This document shows, piece by piece, positions 6,808 through 12,377 of a DNA stretch of 12,377 nt. Each line of letters opens with the position of its first letter. Positions within the stretch are counted from its first letter, which is position 1. The position numbers and the translations under genes were made by a program. Below the pieces are notes generated by a model. That model did no database searches. It saw only the letters and a program-made list of their open reading frames with translations, and was not told where the DNA came from. Source of the stretch: a virus (taxonomy: Duplodnaviria; Heunggongvirae; Uroviricota; Caudoviricetes). The DNA is taken from IMG/VR virus record IMGVR_UViG_2778261066_000005; one strand, written 5' to 3'.

Positions 6808-7005
6808 ATTGTCTGGCTGCCGGAGAATTTGTTAAAAATTACATCGCATGGTGAATCCCCCTCAGCGGCGGGGCATCTGGCAAAGTGTATGATCCAGAGA
6901 ACATGCAAATTCAGTAGACAGGCTGAATTTACCGGGAGGCCCCTGGCACCATGCGACAGACAGAAATTAGGCTATACTTCAGCCCCTCTCCGGAGGGGCT
7001 TTTCT
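6808..7005 (+). repeat. Structured non-coding element, copy 1 (about 198 bp), terminator-capped
   Basis: Paralogous to 7277-7470. Shared blocks: ATTGTCTGGC, TTTGTTAAAAA, TCGCATGGTGAATCCCCCT, GAATT(T/C)ACCGGGAGGC(C/A)CC(T/C)GGCACCATGC, and terminal palindrome AGCCCCTC-TCCG-GAGGGGCT plus T-run. Confidence 0.7.
6981..7005 (+). terminator. Intrinsic terminator ending element copy 1
   Basis: 8-bp GC-rich stem AGCCCCTC/GAGGGGCT with TCCG loop, followed by TTTTCT. Confidence 0.65.
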
Positions 7006-7194
7006 GTGCAGGATGTGTCACAGTTTCCTGAATTCTGAGTACTGTCCTGTTACTCAGGGTGCTATATTTTCTGACGTGATGAAAGTCTGCCGGAAGGCGG
7101 AACGTATCGGAAATGACCCAGTAGAGAAAACGTTGACTCAGATACCGATGCTGAGTTACCGGGAAACCGGCATCACATGACCGCTATCCTTCCA

Positions 7195-7217
7195 GGCTCG
7201 CTCCGGCGGGCCTTTTT
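7195..7217 (+). terminator. Intrinsic terminator of the unit between the two copies
   Basis: Stem GGCTCGC / GCGGGCC (one G-U pair), loop TCCG (the same loop as the flanking terminators), then TTTTT (7213-7217). Confidence 0.55.
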
Positions 7218-7276
7218 ACTGCAGAAAACAGTTTTCCCGTAAAATGCCACGTTGCTCATAATTCAGGCTGGCGATT

Positions 7277-7470
7277 ATTGTCTGGCCGGCGGGAAGTTTG
7301 TTAAAAAATTTCGCATGGTGAATCCCCCTGTGCGGAGGGGTAATCAGCGAGTAGGTATATGGGATAATCGCGGATTCAGGTGCTGGTACTGAATTCACCG
7401 GGAGGCACCCGGCACCATGCAATGGCACATAGCGCCACTCTCCAGCCCCTCTCCGGAGGGGCTGTTTATA
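7277..7470 (+). repeat. Structured non-coding element, copy 2 (about 194 bp), terminator-capped
   Basis: Paralogous to 6808-7005; the 19-nt block TCGCATGGTGAATCCCCCT is identical (7311-7329 versus 6844-6862); the same terminal palindrome sits at 7444-7463. Confidence 0.7.
7444..7470 (+). terminator. Intrinsic terminator ending element copy 2 (weak U-tract)
   Basis: AGCCCCTC-TCCG-GAGGGGCT followed by GTTTATATTG. Confidence 0.5.
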
Positions 7471-7498
7471 TTGATTTTGTCAGATGTGAGTAAACTCC

Positions 7499-7834
7499 TT
7501 ATGGACTTTGTTGTTTTAGCCCATAAGGACATATTTGCAGAGTGCAACGGTTATTAAAGCATTCATTCAATACGTTATCTGTATTTGTAGGGCATTCCTG
7601 GCTGTTTTTGATTAAATTCCAGAATGTTTTATTGAATGGTACTACGTTGTAAATGGTTACAGGTAGCACTTTGTTATTGAGCATGATGCCTGTGTGAGTC
7701 AGTGTAAATATACTTTCAGGAGGTAAGAAAGCATCCGATTGATACCAGATTATTAATTTTATTTTACTCCATATGACTGAAAAAGATATTCCGCATGATG
7801 GCTGGATAACTGTATCAATCACAATCCACTTCAT
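7499..7834 (-). CDS. Hypothetical protein, 111 aa, in an AT-rich island; the only candidate gene on the minus strand
   Basis: ORF with AAGGAAA about 6 nt upstream of its ATG on the minus strand. Base composition is much more AT-rich than the flanking phage genes. No motif recognised; it could be spurious. Confidence 0.3.
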   Translation of the reverse strand: MKWIVIDTVIQPSCGISFSVIWSKIKLIIWYQSDAFLPPESIFTLTHTGIMLNNKVLPVTIYNVVPFNKTFWNLIKNSQECPTNTDNVLNECFNNRCTLQICPYGLKQQSP

Positions 7835-8079
7835 TTAGTTTCCTTGTTTATGCCTTGCTGGTGATGTTCTGAAAAGTATAAATGATATTTTTGATTGTAA
7901 ACCATAGAGCAGAATTATTTTTCTGATGTTGTTTATTGTTTATTTAAATGCAGGGTGGTTTATATCTCGTCTTGTAGTTTATCCATGCATATCTGCTTGA
8001 TGATGAGGTTTTTATTTAAGGTATGGTTTTGTGTTTTTTCTGTATTACATGTCAGGTATTTTAAAGAATCATTTTTCAG

Positions 8080-9951
8080 ATGGTGGAAAGAACCATGGCA
8101 TTTAAACACTATGATGTTGTCAGGGCGGCGTCGCCGTCAGATCTTGCGGAAAAGCTGACACATAAACTGAAAGAGGGCTGGCAGCCGTTTGGTAGTCCGG
8201 TGGCCATAACCCCTTATACCCTGATGCAGGCGATTGCAGCAGAAGGTGATGTGGTCGTCAGTGGTGCAACTGAGCCGGAGTGGTACTACGTCATCGTACT
8301 GGCCGGGCAATCCAATGCCATGGCTTACGGTGAAGGGCTTCCGCTTCCGGATTCATACGATGCGCCCCATCCGCGCATTAAGCAACTGGCCCGGCGTAAC
8401 ACAGTGACTCCCGGTGGTGAAGTATGCGTATTTAACGACATCATTCCTGCTGACCATTGTCTGCATGATGTTCAGGATATGAGTACGATTAATCATCCCC
8501 GGGCTGACCTGAGCAAAGGGCAGTACGGCTGTGTCGGACAGGGCTTACATATTGCCAAAAAACTGCTTCCGTATATCCCTAATAACGCGGGGATCCTGCT
8601 GGTACCATGCTGTCGTGGTGGTTCGGCATTCACCCAGGGCACGGAGGGGACATTCAGCGAGTCCACGGGGGCCAGTCAGGATTCGGCTCGCTGGGGAGTG
8701 GGTAAGCCGTTATATCAGGATCTGCTTTTCCGCACGAAGGCAGCATTGCAGAAAAATCCGAAAAACGTTTTGCTGGCGATATGCTGGATGCAGGGGGAAT
8801 TCGATATGACGAATGCCAGTTACGCCCAGCAGCCAGCAGCATTTCTTGCAATGGTACAGCAGTTCCGTGCTGACCTTGCCGGGCTGGCGGCGCAGTGTCA
8901 CGGTGGAAGTCCGGCATCAGTCCCCTGGATTTGTGGCGACACGACATACGCGTGGAAACAAGAACACGGTACGCAATATGAAGTGGTATATGGTGCATAT
9001 AAAGGTAAAGAATCCCAGCAGATTTATTTTGTTCCCTTTATGACCGATGGTAGCGGAGTTAATACACCGACAAACAACCCGTCAGAAGATCCTGATATTG
9101 CCGGGTCTGGTTATTACGGTTCGGCATCCCGAACGAACAAAAACTGGGTATCATCAAATCGCCCGACGCATTTCAGCTCATGGGCGCGTCGTGGCATTAT
9201 TCCCGATCGTATGGCAACTGCTATTCTGAACGTAGCCGGTCGCACCTTAGCCTTCATTAGTGGTAAGGCACCGGAAATCAAACCCTCGCCCGGCGGCGAC
9301 ACTCCATCGGGGCCGTCTGATGGTGACACATCCGTTCGTACAGTCTCCCTGCTGCCGACAGCCGGAGAGGCTGCTGCGCAGGGCTGGACCATCACCGGCG
9401 GCAGTGTTGCGCTGGAAGATGGTGTGTTTAAGGTTACCAAGCAGAGCAATAAAACTTGGTCCCTGATGCATCCGGTGGATGACGCAGTCTCCCTGCTGAC
9501 ACGGGGTGGCAGACTGAGCTGTAAGTTTCGACTGTCAGGCGCACTGACCAACAACCAGTTCGGTCTGGGAATTTATCTGTATACCGATGTAGCGTTACCT
9601 GACGTCGTGGCGATGACCGGGACTGGTAACCCGTTCCTGATGTCGTTCTTCACCCAGACCACAGACGGCAAACTGAATCTGATGCATCACAGGAAAGCAG
9701 GAAACACAAAGTTGGGCGAGTTCGGGAATTACAGTAACGACTGGCAGACGCTGGAGCTGGTGTTCACCGCCGGCAGTGCCACGGTTACTCCGAAACTGAA
9801 TGGAGTGGCTGGCCCGGCATTCCAGGTCATAAAAGACAGTCTGACACTGGGGCTGAATGCGCTGACGCTGACGGATATTACCAAAAATGCAGCGTATGGC
9901 GTTGAGATAGAAAGTCTGGTGCTGGAGATAAATGCACCAGCATCATCATAA
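8080..9951 (+). CDS. nanS-p: NanS-p-like prophage sialate O-acetylesterase (DUF1737 N-terminus plus SASA/SGNH esterase domain), 623 aa
   Basis: VIVLAGQSNAMAYGEG carries the GQSN motif of the sialate O-acetylesterase family. The size and the position between the tRNA cluster and the lysis cassette match the nanS-p genes of Stx phages (recalled). Alternative start ATG 8095 has a better-spaced GGTGGAAAG upstream. Confidence 0.8.
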   Translation: MVERTMAFKHYDVVRAASPSDLAEKLTHKLKEGWQPFGSPVAITPYTLMQAIAAEGDVVVSGATEPEWYYVIVLAGQSNAMAYGEGLPLPDSYDAPHPRIKQLARRNTVTPGGEVCVFNDIIPADHCLHDVQDMSTINHPRADLSKGQYGCVGQGLHIAKKLLPYIPNNAGILLVPCCRGGSAFTQGTEGTFSESTGASQDSARWGVGKPLYQDLLFRTKAALQKNPKNVLLAICWMQGEFDMTNASYAQQPAAFLAMVQQFRADLAGLAAQCHGGSPASVPWICGDTTYAWKQEHGTQYEVVYGAYKGKESQQIYFVPFMTDGSGVNTPTNNPSEDPDIAGSGYYGSASRTNKNWVSSNRPTHFSSWARRGIIPDRMATAILNVAGRTLAFISGKAPEIKPSPGGDTPSGPSDGDTSVRTVSLLPTAGEAAAQGWTITGGSVALEDGVFKVTKQSNKTWSLMHPVDDAVSLLTRGGRLSCKFRLSGALTNNQFGLGIYLYTDVALPDVVAMTGTGNPFLMSFFTQTTDGKLNLMHHRKAGNTKLGEFGNYSNDWQTLELVFTAGSATVTPKLNGVAGPAFQVIKDSLTLGLNALTLTDITKNAAYGVEIESLVLEINAPASS

Positions 9952-10035
9952 AAAGTGAGCCAGTCAAATGGAAGGTATCGTTAAACTCACCGGTAGTGTC
10001 AGTGGGTCGTCTGAGATGCCTGCATGAGTTATCAG

Positions 10036-10067
10036 AGCCATCAGTACTTAACTGGTGGCTTTTTTTA
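10036..10067 (+). terminator. Intrinsic terminator between nanS-p and the lysis cassette
   Basis: Stem AGCCATCAG (10036-10044) / CTGGTGGCT (10052-10060) with one G-U pair, loop TACTTAA, then TTTTTTT (10061-10067). Confidence 0.6.
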
Positions 10068-10101
10068 TTGTTGTCAGCTTCCGGATAACGGGAGACGGGG
10101 T

Positions 10102-10317
10102 ATGTACCAGATGGAAAAAATCACAACAGGTGTGTCATACACCACGTCAGCGGTGGGAACGGGCTACTGGTTCCTGCAGTTGCTGGACAGGGTTTCCCCG
10201 TCTCAGTGGGCGGCAATAGGCGTGCTGGGGAGTCTGCTGTTTGGGCTGCTGACATATCTGACTAACCTGTATTTCAAAATCAGAGAGGACCGTCGTAAGG
10301 CTGCACGGGGAGAGTAA
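10102..10317 (+). CDS. S: Phage-21-type class II holin (pinholin S21-like), 71 aa, dual-start motif
   Basis: [28 protein letters not shown]...[36 protein letters not shown] matches S21 as recalled in length and near-identical C-terminus. Two hydrophobic segments; Met1 and Met4 give the S71/S68 antiholin/holin arrangement; GGAG lies 7 nt upstream. The ORF track's 10024 start adds an unsupported 26-aa extension. Confidence 0.85.
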   Translation: MYQMEKITTGVSYTTSAVGTGYWFLQLLDRVSPSQWAAIGVLGSLLFGLLTYLTNLYFKIREDRRKAARGE

Positions 10318-10321
10318 TTCA

Positions 10322-10636
10322 ATGACTCAAAACTATGAACTGATTGTGAAAGGGATCCGCAATTTTGAGAATAAAGTTACGGTAACTTTAGCGTTACGGG
10401 ACAAAAAACGCTTTGACGGTGAAATTTTTGACCTGGACATCTCGCTGGACCGTGTTGAAGGTGCCGCGCTGGAGTTTTATGAGGCAGCAGCCAGAAGGAG
10501 CATCAGACAGGTCTTCATGGATGTTGCTGCCGGGTTATGTGAAGGGGACGAGCTGTTGCCAGAAACGCGCCCCTGTTCAGAGGCGCGGTATACCATAAAA
10601 ATTAACAGTTCTGATAACTCGATTACGGGTTGTTAG
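10322..10636 (+). CDS. DUF826 / YdfR-like small protein encoded between holin and endolysin, 104 aa
   Basis: ATG 10322 lies 4 nt after the holin stop, with GGGGAGAG 8 nt upstream. N-terminus MTQNYELIVKGIRNFENKVTV and the position between holin and lysozyme match Qin YdfR-type proteins (recalled). Confidence 0.6.
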   Translation: MTQNYELIVKGIRNFENKVTVTLALRDKKRFDGEIFDLDISLDRVEGAALEFYEAAARRSIRQVFMDVAAGLCEGDELLPETRPCSEARYTIKINSSDNSITGC

Positions 10637-10691
10637 CTTTTTGCAGTTGGCTTTCCAGTATCTTTCATTGGTAGCATCCTGATAAATATCC

Positions 10692-11225
10692 ATGAGCGCA
10701 AAAATCAAATACGGCCTGTCAGCTGCTGTTCTGGCGCTGATTGCTGCAGGCGCGTCTGCTCCTCAAATACTTGACCAGTTTCTGGATGAAAAAGAGGGTA
10801 ACCACACTACGGCATACCGCGATGGTTCCGGTATATGGACCATCTGTCGTGGTGCCACAATGGTGGATGGTAAGCCCGTCATACCGGGAATGAAGCTGTC
10901 GAAGGAAAAATGCGACCAGGTTAACGCTATTGAACGTGATAAGGCGCTGGCATGGGTGGAGCGCAATATTAAAGTACCACTGACCGAACCACAGAAAGCG
11001 GGTATAGCGTCATTCTGTCCCTATAACATTGGCCCCGGTAAGTGTTTCCCGTCGACGTTTTATAAGCGGCTGAATGCCGGTGATCGTAAGGGCGCATGCG
11101 AGGCGATTCGCTGGTGGATAAAAGATGGTGGGCGCGATTGCCGCATACGTTCAAATAACTGCTATGGACAGGTTATTCGTCGTGACCAGGAAAGCGCATT
11201 AGCCTGTTGGGGGATAGATCAGTGA
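10692..11225 (+). CDS. R: SAR endolysin (GH24 T4-type lysozyme with N-terminal signal-anchor-release domain), 177 aa
   Basis: Gly/Ala-rich weakly hydrophobic N-terminus ([16 protein letters not shown]) followed by the catalytic E...D...T pattern (EKEG...[15 protein letters not shown]), as in the R21 and P1 Lyz family. Confidence 0.9.
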   Translation: MSAKIKYGLSAAVLALIAAGASAPQILDQFLDEKEGNHTTAYRDGSGIWTICRGATMVDGKPVIPGMKLSKEKCDQVNAIERDKALAWVERNIKVPLTEPQKAGIASFCPYNIGPGKCFPSTFYKRLNAGDRKGACEAIRWWIKDGGRDCRIRSNNCYGQVIRRDQESALACWGIDQ

Positions 11226-11680
11226 GCAGAGTCGCAGCGATTATTTATACTCTGGTTATCTGCACCATCGTCTGCCTGTCATGGGCTGTTAATCATTACC
11301 GCGATAACGCCATTACCTACAAAGCCCAGCGCGACAAAAATGCCAGAGAACTGAAGCTGGCGAACGTGGTAATTACTGACATGCAGATGCGTCAGCGTGA
11401 TGTAGCAGAACTCGACGCCAGATACACAAAGGAGCTTGCTGATGCTAACGCGACTATCGAAAGTCTTCGTGCTGATGTTTCTGCTGGGCGTAAGCGCCTG
11501 CAAGTCGCCGCCACCTGTGCAAAGTCAACGACCGGAGCCAGCAGCATGGGCGATGGAGAAAGCCCAAGACTTACAGCAGATGCTGAACTCAATTATTACC
11601 GTCTCCGAAGTGGAATCGACAAGATAACCGCTCAGGTCAACTACCTGCAGGAGTACATCAGGACGCAGTGCTTAAAATAA
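11222..11680 (+). CDS. Rz: i-spanin Rz, 152 aa
   Basis: GTG 11222 overlaps the R stop (GTGA). Protein (M)[46 protein letters not shown]... is near-identical to lambda Rz as recalled; N-terminal transmembrane segment plus coiled-coil periplasmic domain. Confidence 0.9.
   Translation: MSRVAAIIYTLVICTIVCLSWAVNHYRDNAITYKAQRDKNARELKLANVVITDMQMRQRDVAELDARYTKELADANATIESLRADVSAGRKRLQVAATCAKSTTGASSMGDGESPRLTADAELNYYRLRSGIDKITAQVNYLQEYIRTQCLK
11442..11627 (+). CDS. Rz1: o-spanin Rz1, lipoprotein encoded in the +1 frame inside Rz, 61 aa
   Basis: ATG 11442 with AAAGGAG 7 nt upstream; signal peptide [19 protein letters not shown] followed by the lipobox Cys (VSAC), then a Pro-rich mature region ([12 protein letters not shown]); lies wholly within Rz. 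Confidence 0.8.
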   Translation: MLTRLSKVFVLMFLLGVSACKSPPPVQSQRPEPAAWAMEKAQDLQQMLNSIITVSEVESTR

Positions 11681-11716
11681 TTTTAATTTCACTGAAATTT
11701 AATACGTGACTTTCAG

Positions 11717-11747
11717 GAAAATGCCTCGCAGATGCGGGGCATTTTTG
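11717..11747 (+). terminator. Intrinsic terminator after the lysis cassette
   Basis: Stem ATGCCTCGC(A) (11721-11730) / (T)GCGGGGCAT (11733-11742) with one G-U pair, then TTTTT (11742-11746), 40 nt after the Rz stop. Confidence 0.6.
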
Positions 11748-12062
11748 TACAGGTATTTCACCGCGCACCGCAGCGCACTCAACCACGTCGAACCAAACCC
11801 TTTGGAATGAGCCTTTGAGTAGTCAGTTAGTGCTGGTGAGCCTTGACGGGCTGATCTCCTATGCCGCAAAGGTTCATCTCAAAGTAAGACGAACGCTATG
11901 ACAAACCAAGATTCTATAGACCTATCTGATCTTCGTGGAATGGTCAGTTTTCCAGACAAAAGGTAATCACCATAGTCGTATGGCTATGAATCTTGTTGCT
12001 GCAGATAAGCATTTTGTGATTGAAGTGGTCAAATCTCTCAAATGCAGTAAAATGCAGTGCGC

Positions 12063-12068
12063 TATAAT
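12063..12068 (+). promoter_or_regulatory. Consensus -10 hexamer TATAAT upstream of the terminal ORF
   Basis: Perfect TATAAT at 12063-12068, 28 nt upstream of ATG 12097; no convincing -35 found. Confidence 0.35.
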
Positions 12069-12096
12069 TCAATAACGGAGGGAGTAAGGAGAAGTC

Positions 12097-12303
12097 ATGA
12101 AAGATCAAGATGTTAGGTTCGCGGTGCATCATAAGCTTTTGAAAGAATCGCATTTAGATCCAGACTGCCTTGTGGTCGATGAATTTTCCATATCCCTTGG
12201 CGCCAGTAGAGCAGACATTGCTGTAATAAATGGTGTTATACACGGGTACGAGCTCAAAAGTGAATATGACTCTTTGGAGCGTTTGCCTCTTCAAATCAAG
12301 TGA
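12097..12303 (+). CDS. Hypothetical protein with PD-(D/E)xK-like motif, 68 aa as read; probably an N-terminal fragment or frameshifted
   Basis: Very strong Shine-Dalgarno GGAGGGAGTAAGGAGAAG directly upstream of ATG 12097. D-x-E and E-x-K spacing (VVDEF ... GYELKSE) resembles a restriction-endonuclease-like fold. The stop is TGA 12301-12303, but the -1 frame stays open to the window end. Confidence 0.5.
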   Translation: MKDQDVRFAVHHKLLKESHLDPDCLVVDEFSISLGASRADIAVINGVIHGYELKSEYDSLERLPLQIK

Positions 12304-12377
12304 ACCGCCCCGGGTTTCCTGGAGAGTGTTTTATCTGTGAACTCAGGCTGCCAGATCATCGTTTCCGATGGAAGCAT

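Noticed and set aside
6811-6840. Sigma-54 promoter (TGGC ... TTG) in the conserved 5' block of the repeats
   Set aside because: The GG-to-GC spacing does not fit the -24/-12 consensus (GG-N10-GC) in either copy.
6846-6862. ERIC (enterobacterial repetitive intergenic consensus) element
   Set aside because: Only the short core GTGAATCCCC matches what I recall of ERIC; the flanking sequence and the overall imperfect-palindrome architecture do not match.
6769-7038. 89-aa + strand ORF (and the 70-aa minus-strand ORF at 7216-7428) inside the structured repeat region
   Set aside because: The two repeat copies are conserved at nucleotide level in blocks, but the encoded peptides are not conserved between copies, and the ORFs run through terminator hairpins. 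This is more consistent with RNA elements than proteins.
6808-7470. Possible CRISPR array
   Set aside because: The repeats are about 195-bp diverged units with internal structure and terminators, not short (24-48 bp) identical repeats alternating with unique spacers. No cas genes are present.
6610-8079. Shiga toxin genes (stxA/stxB) in the slot between the tRNAs and nanS-p
   Set aside because: No ORF of the right size (about 319 aa and about 89 aa with signal peptides) exists on either strand in this interval.
7955-8158. 67-aa + strand ORF overlapping the nanS-p start
   Set aside because: It is in an AT-rich tract, hydrophobic and low-complexity with no Shine-Dalgarno sequence, and overlaps the better-supported nanS-p reading frame.
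8531-9554. Several 60-146-aa ORFs on both strands inside the nanS-p gene (8531-8809, 8654-8998, 8813-9043, 9114-9554 and others)
   Set aside because: They are alternative frames of a long, well-supported esterase gene with GQSN motif; Arg/Pro/Ser-rich composition and no independent translation signals.
10024-10101. Longer 97-aa version of the holin starting at ATG 10024
   Set aside because: The 26-aa N-terminal extension has no counterpart in S21-type pinholins; the GGAG ribosome-binding site and the dual-start Met1/Met4 motif sit at 10091-10113, so 10102 is the more likely start.
11680-12096. cos site or bor-like gene expected downstream of Rz in lambda
   Set aside because: No GGGCGGCGACCT-like cosN sequence and no roughly 97-aa lipoprotein ORF on the minus strand. 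The only minus-strand ORF (11944-12153, 69 aa) overlaps the strongly signalled + strand ORF and lacks lipoprotein features.

Overview
This window reads as the right-arm and late region of a lambdoid, Stx-phage-like prophage of an E. coli-type host, with every supported gene on the + strand. In order: a terminator-bounded two-gene accessory module (unknown 216-aa protein overlapping an XRE-HTH/ImmA-IrrE metallopeptidase fusion); two small ORFs; a YdfU-like DUF968 protein; RusA; a Q-like antiterminator followed by a pR'-like promoter and tR'-like terminator; a small HTH-like ORF; an orphan beta-class DNA methyltransferase; a tRNA cluster (Ile2-CAU, Arg-UCG, truncated Arg-UCU); about 0.8 kb of structured non-coding DNA with two paralogous terminator-capped units where Stx phages carry stxAB; an AT-rich spacer; a NanS-p-like sialate O-acetylesterase; and a phage-21-type lysis cassette (pinholin, DUF826, SAR endolysin, Rz with embedded Rz1). 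A strongly signalled nuclease-like ORF begins near the 3' edge. No toxin genes, CRISPR array, integrase or transposase were seen. All family assignments are from motifs and recalled homology read by eye; no database search was run. The best candidates for something undescribed are the two-gene module at 1..1830 and the tandem structured elements at 6808..7470.
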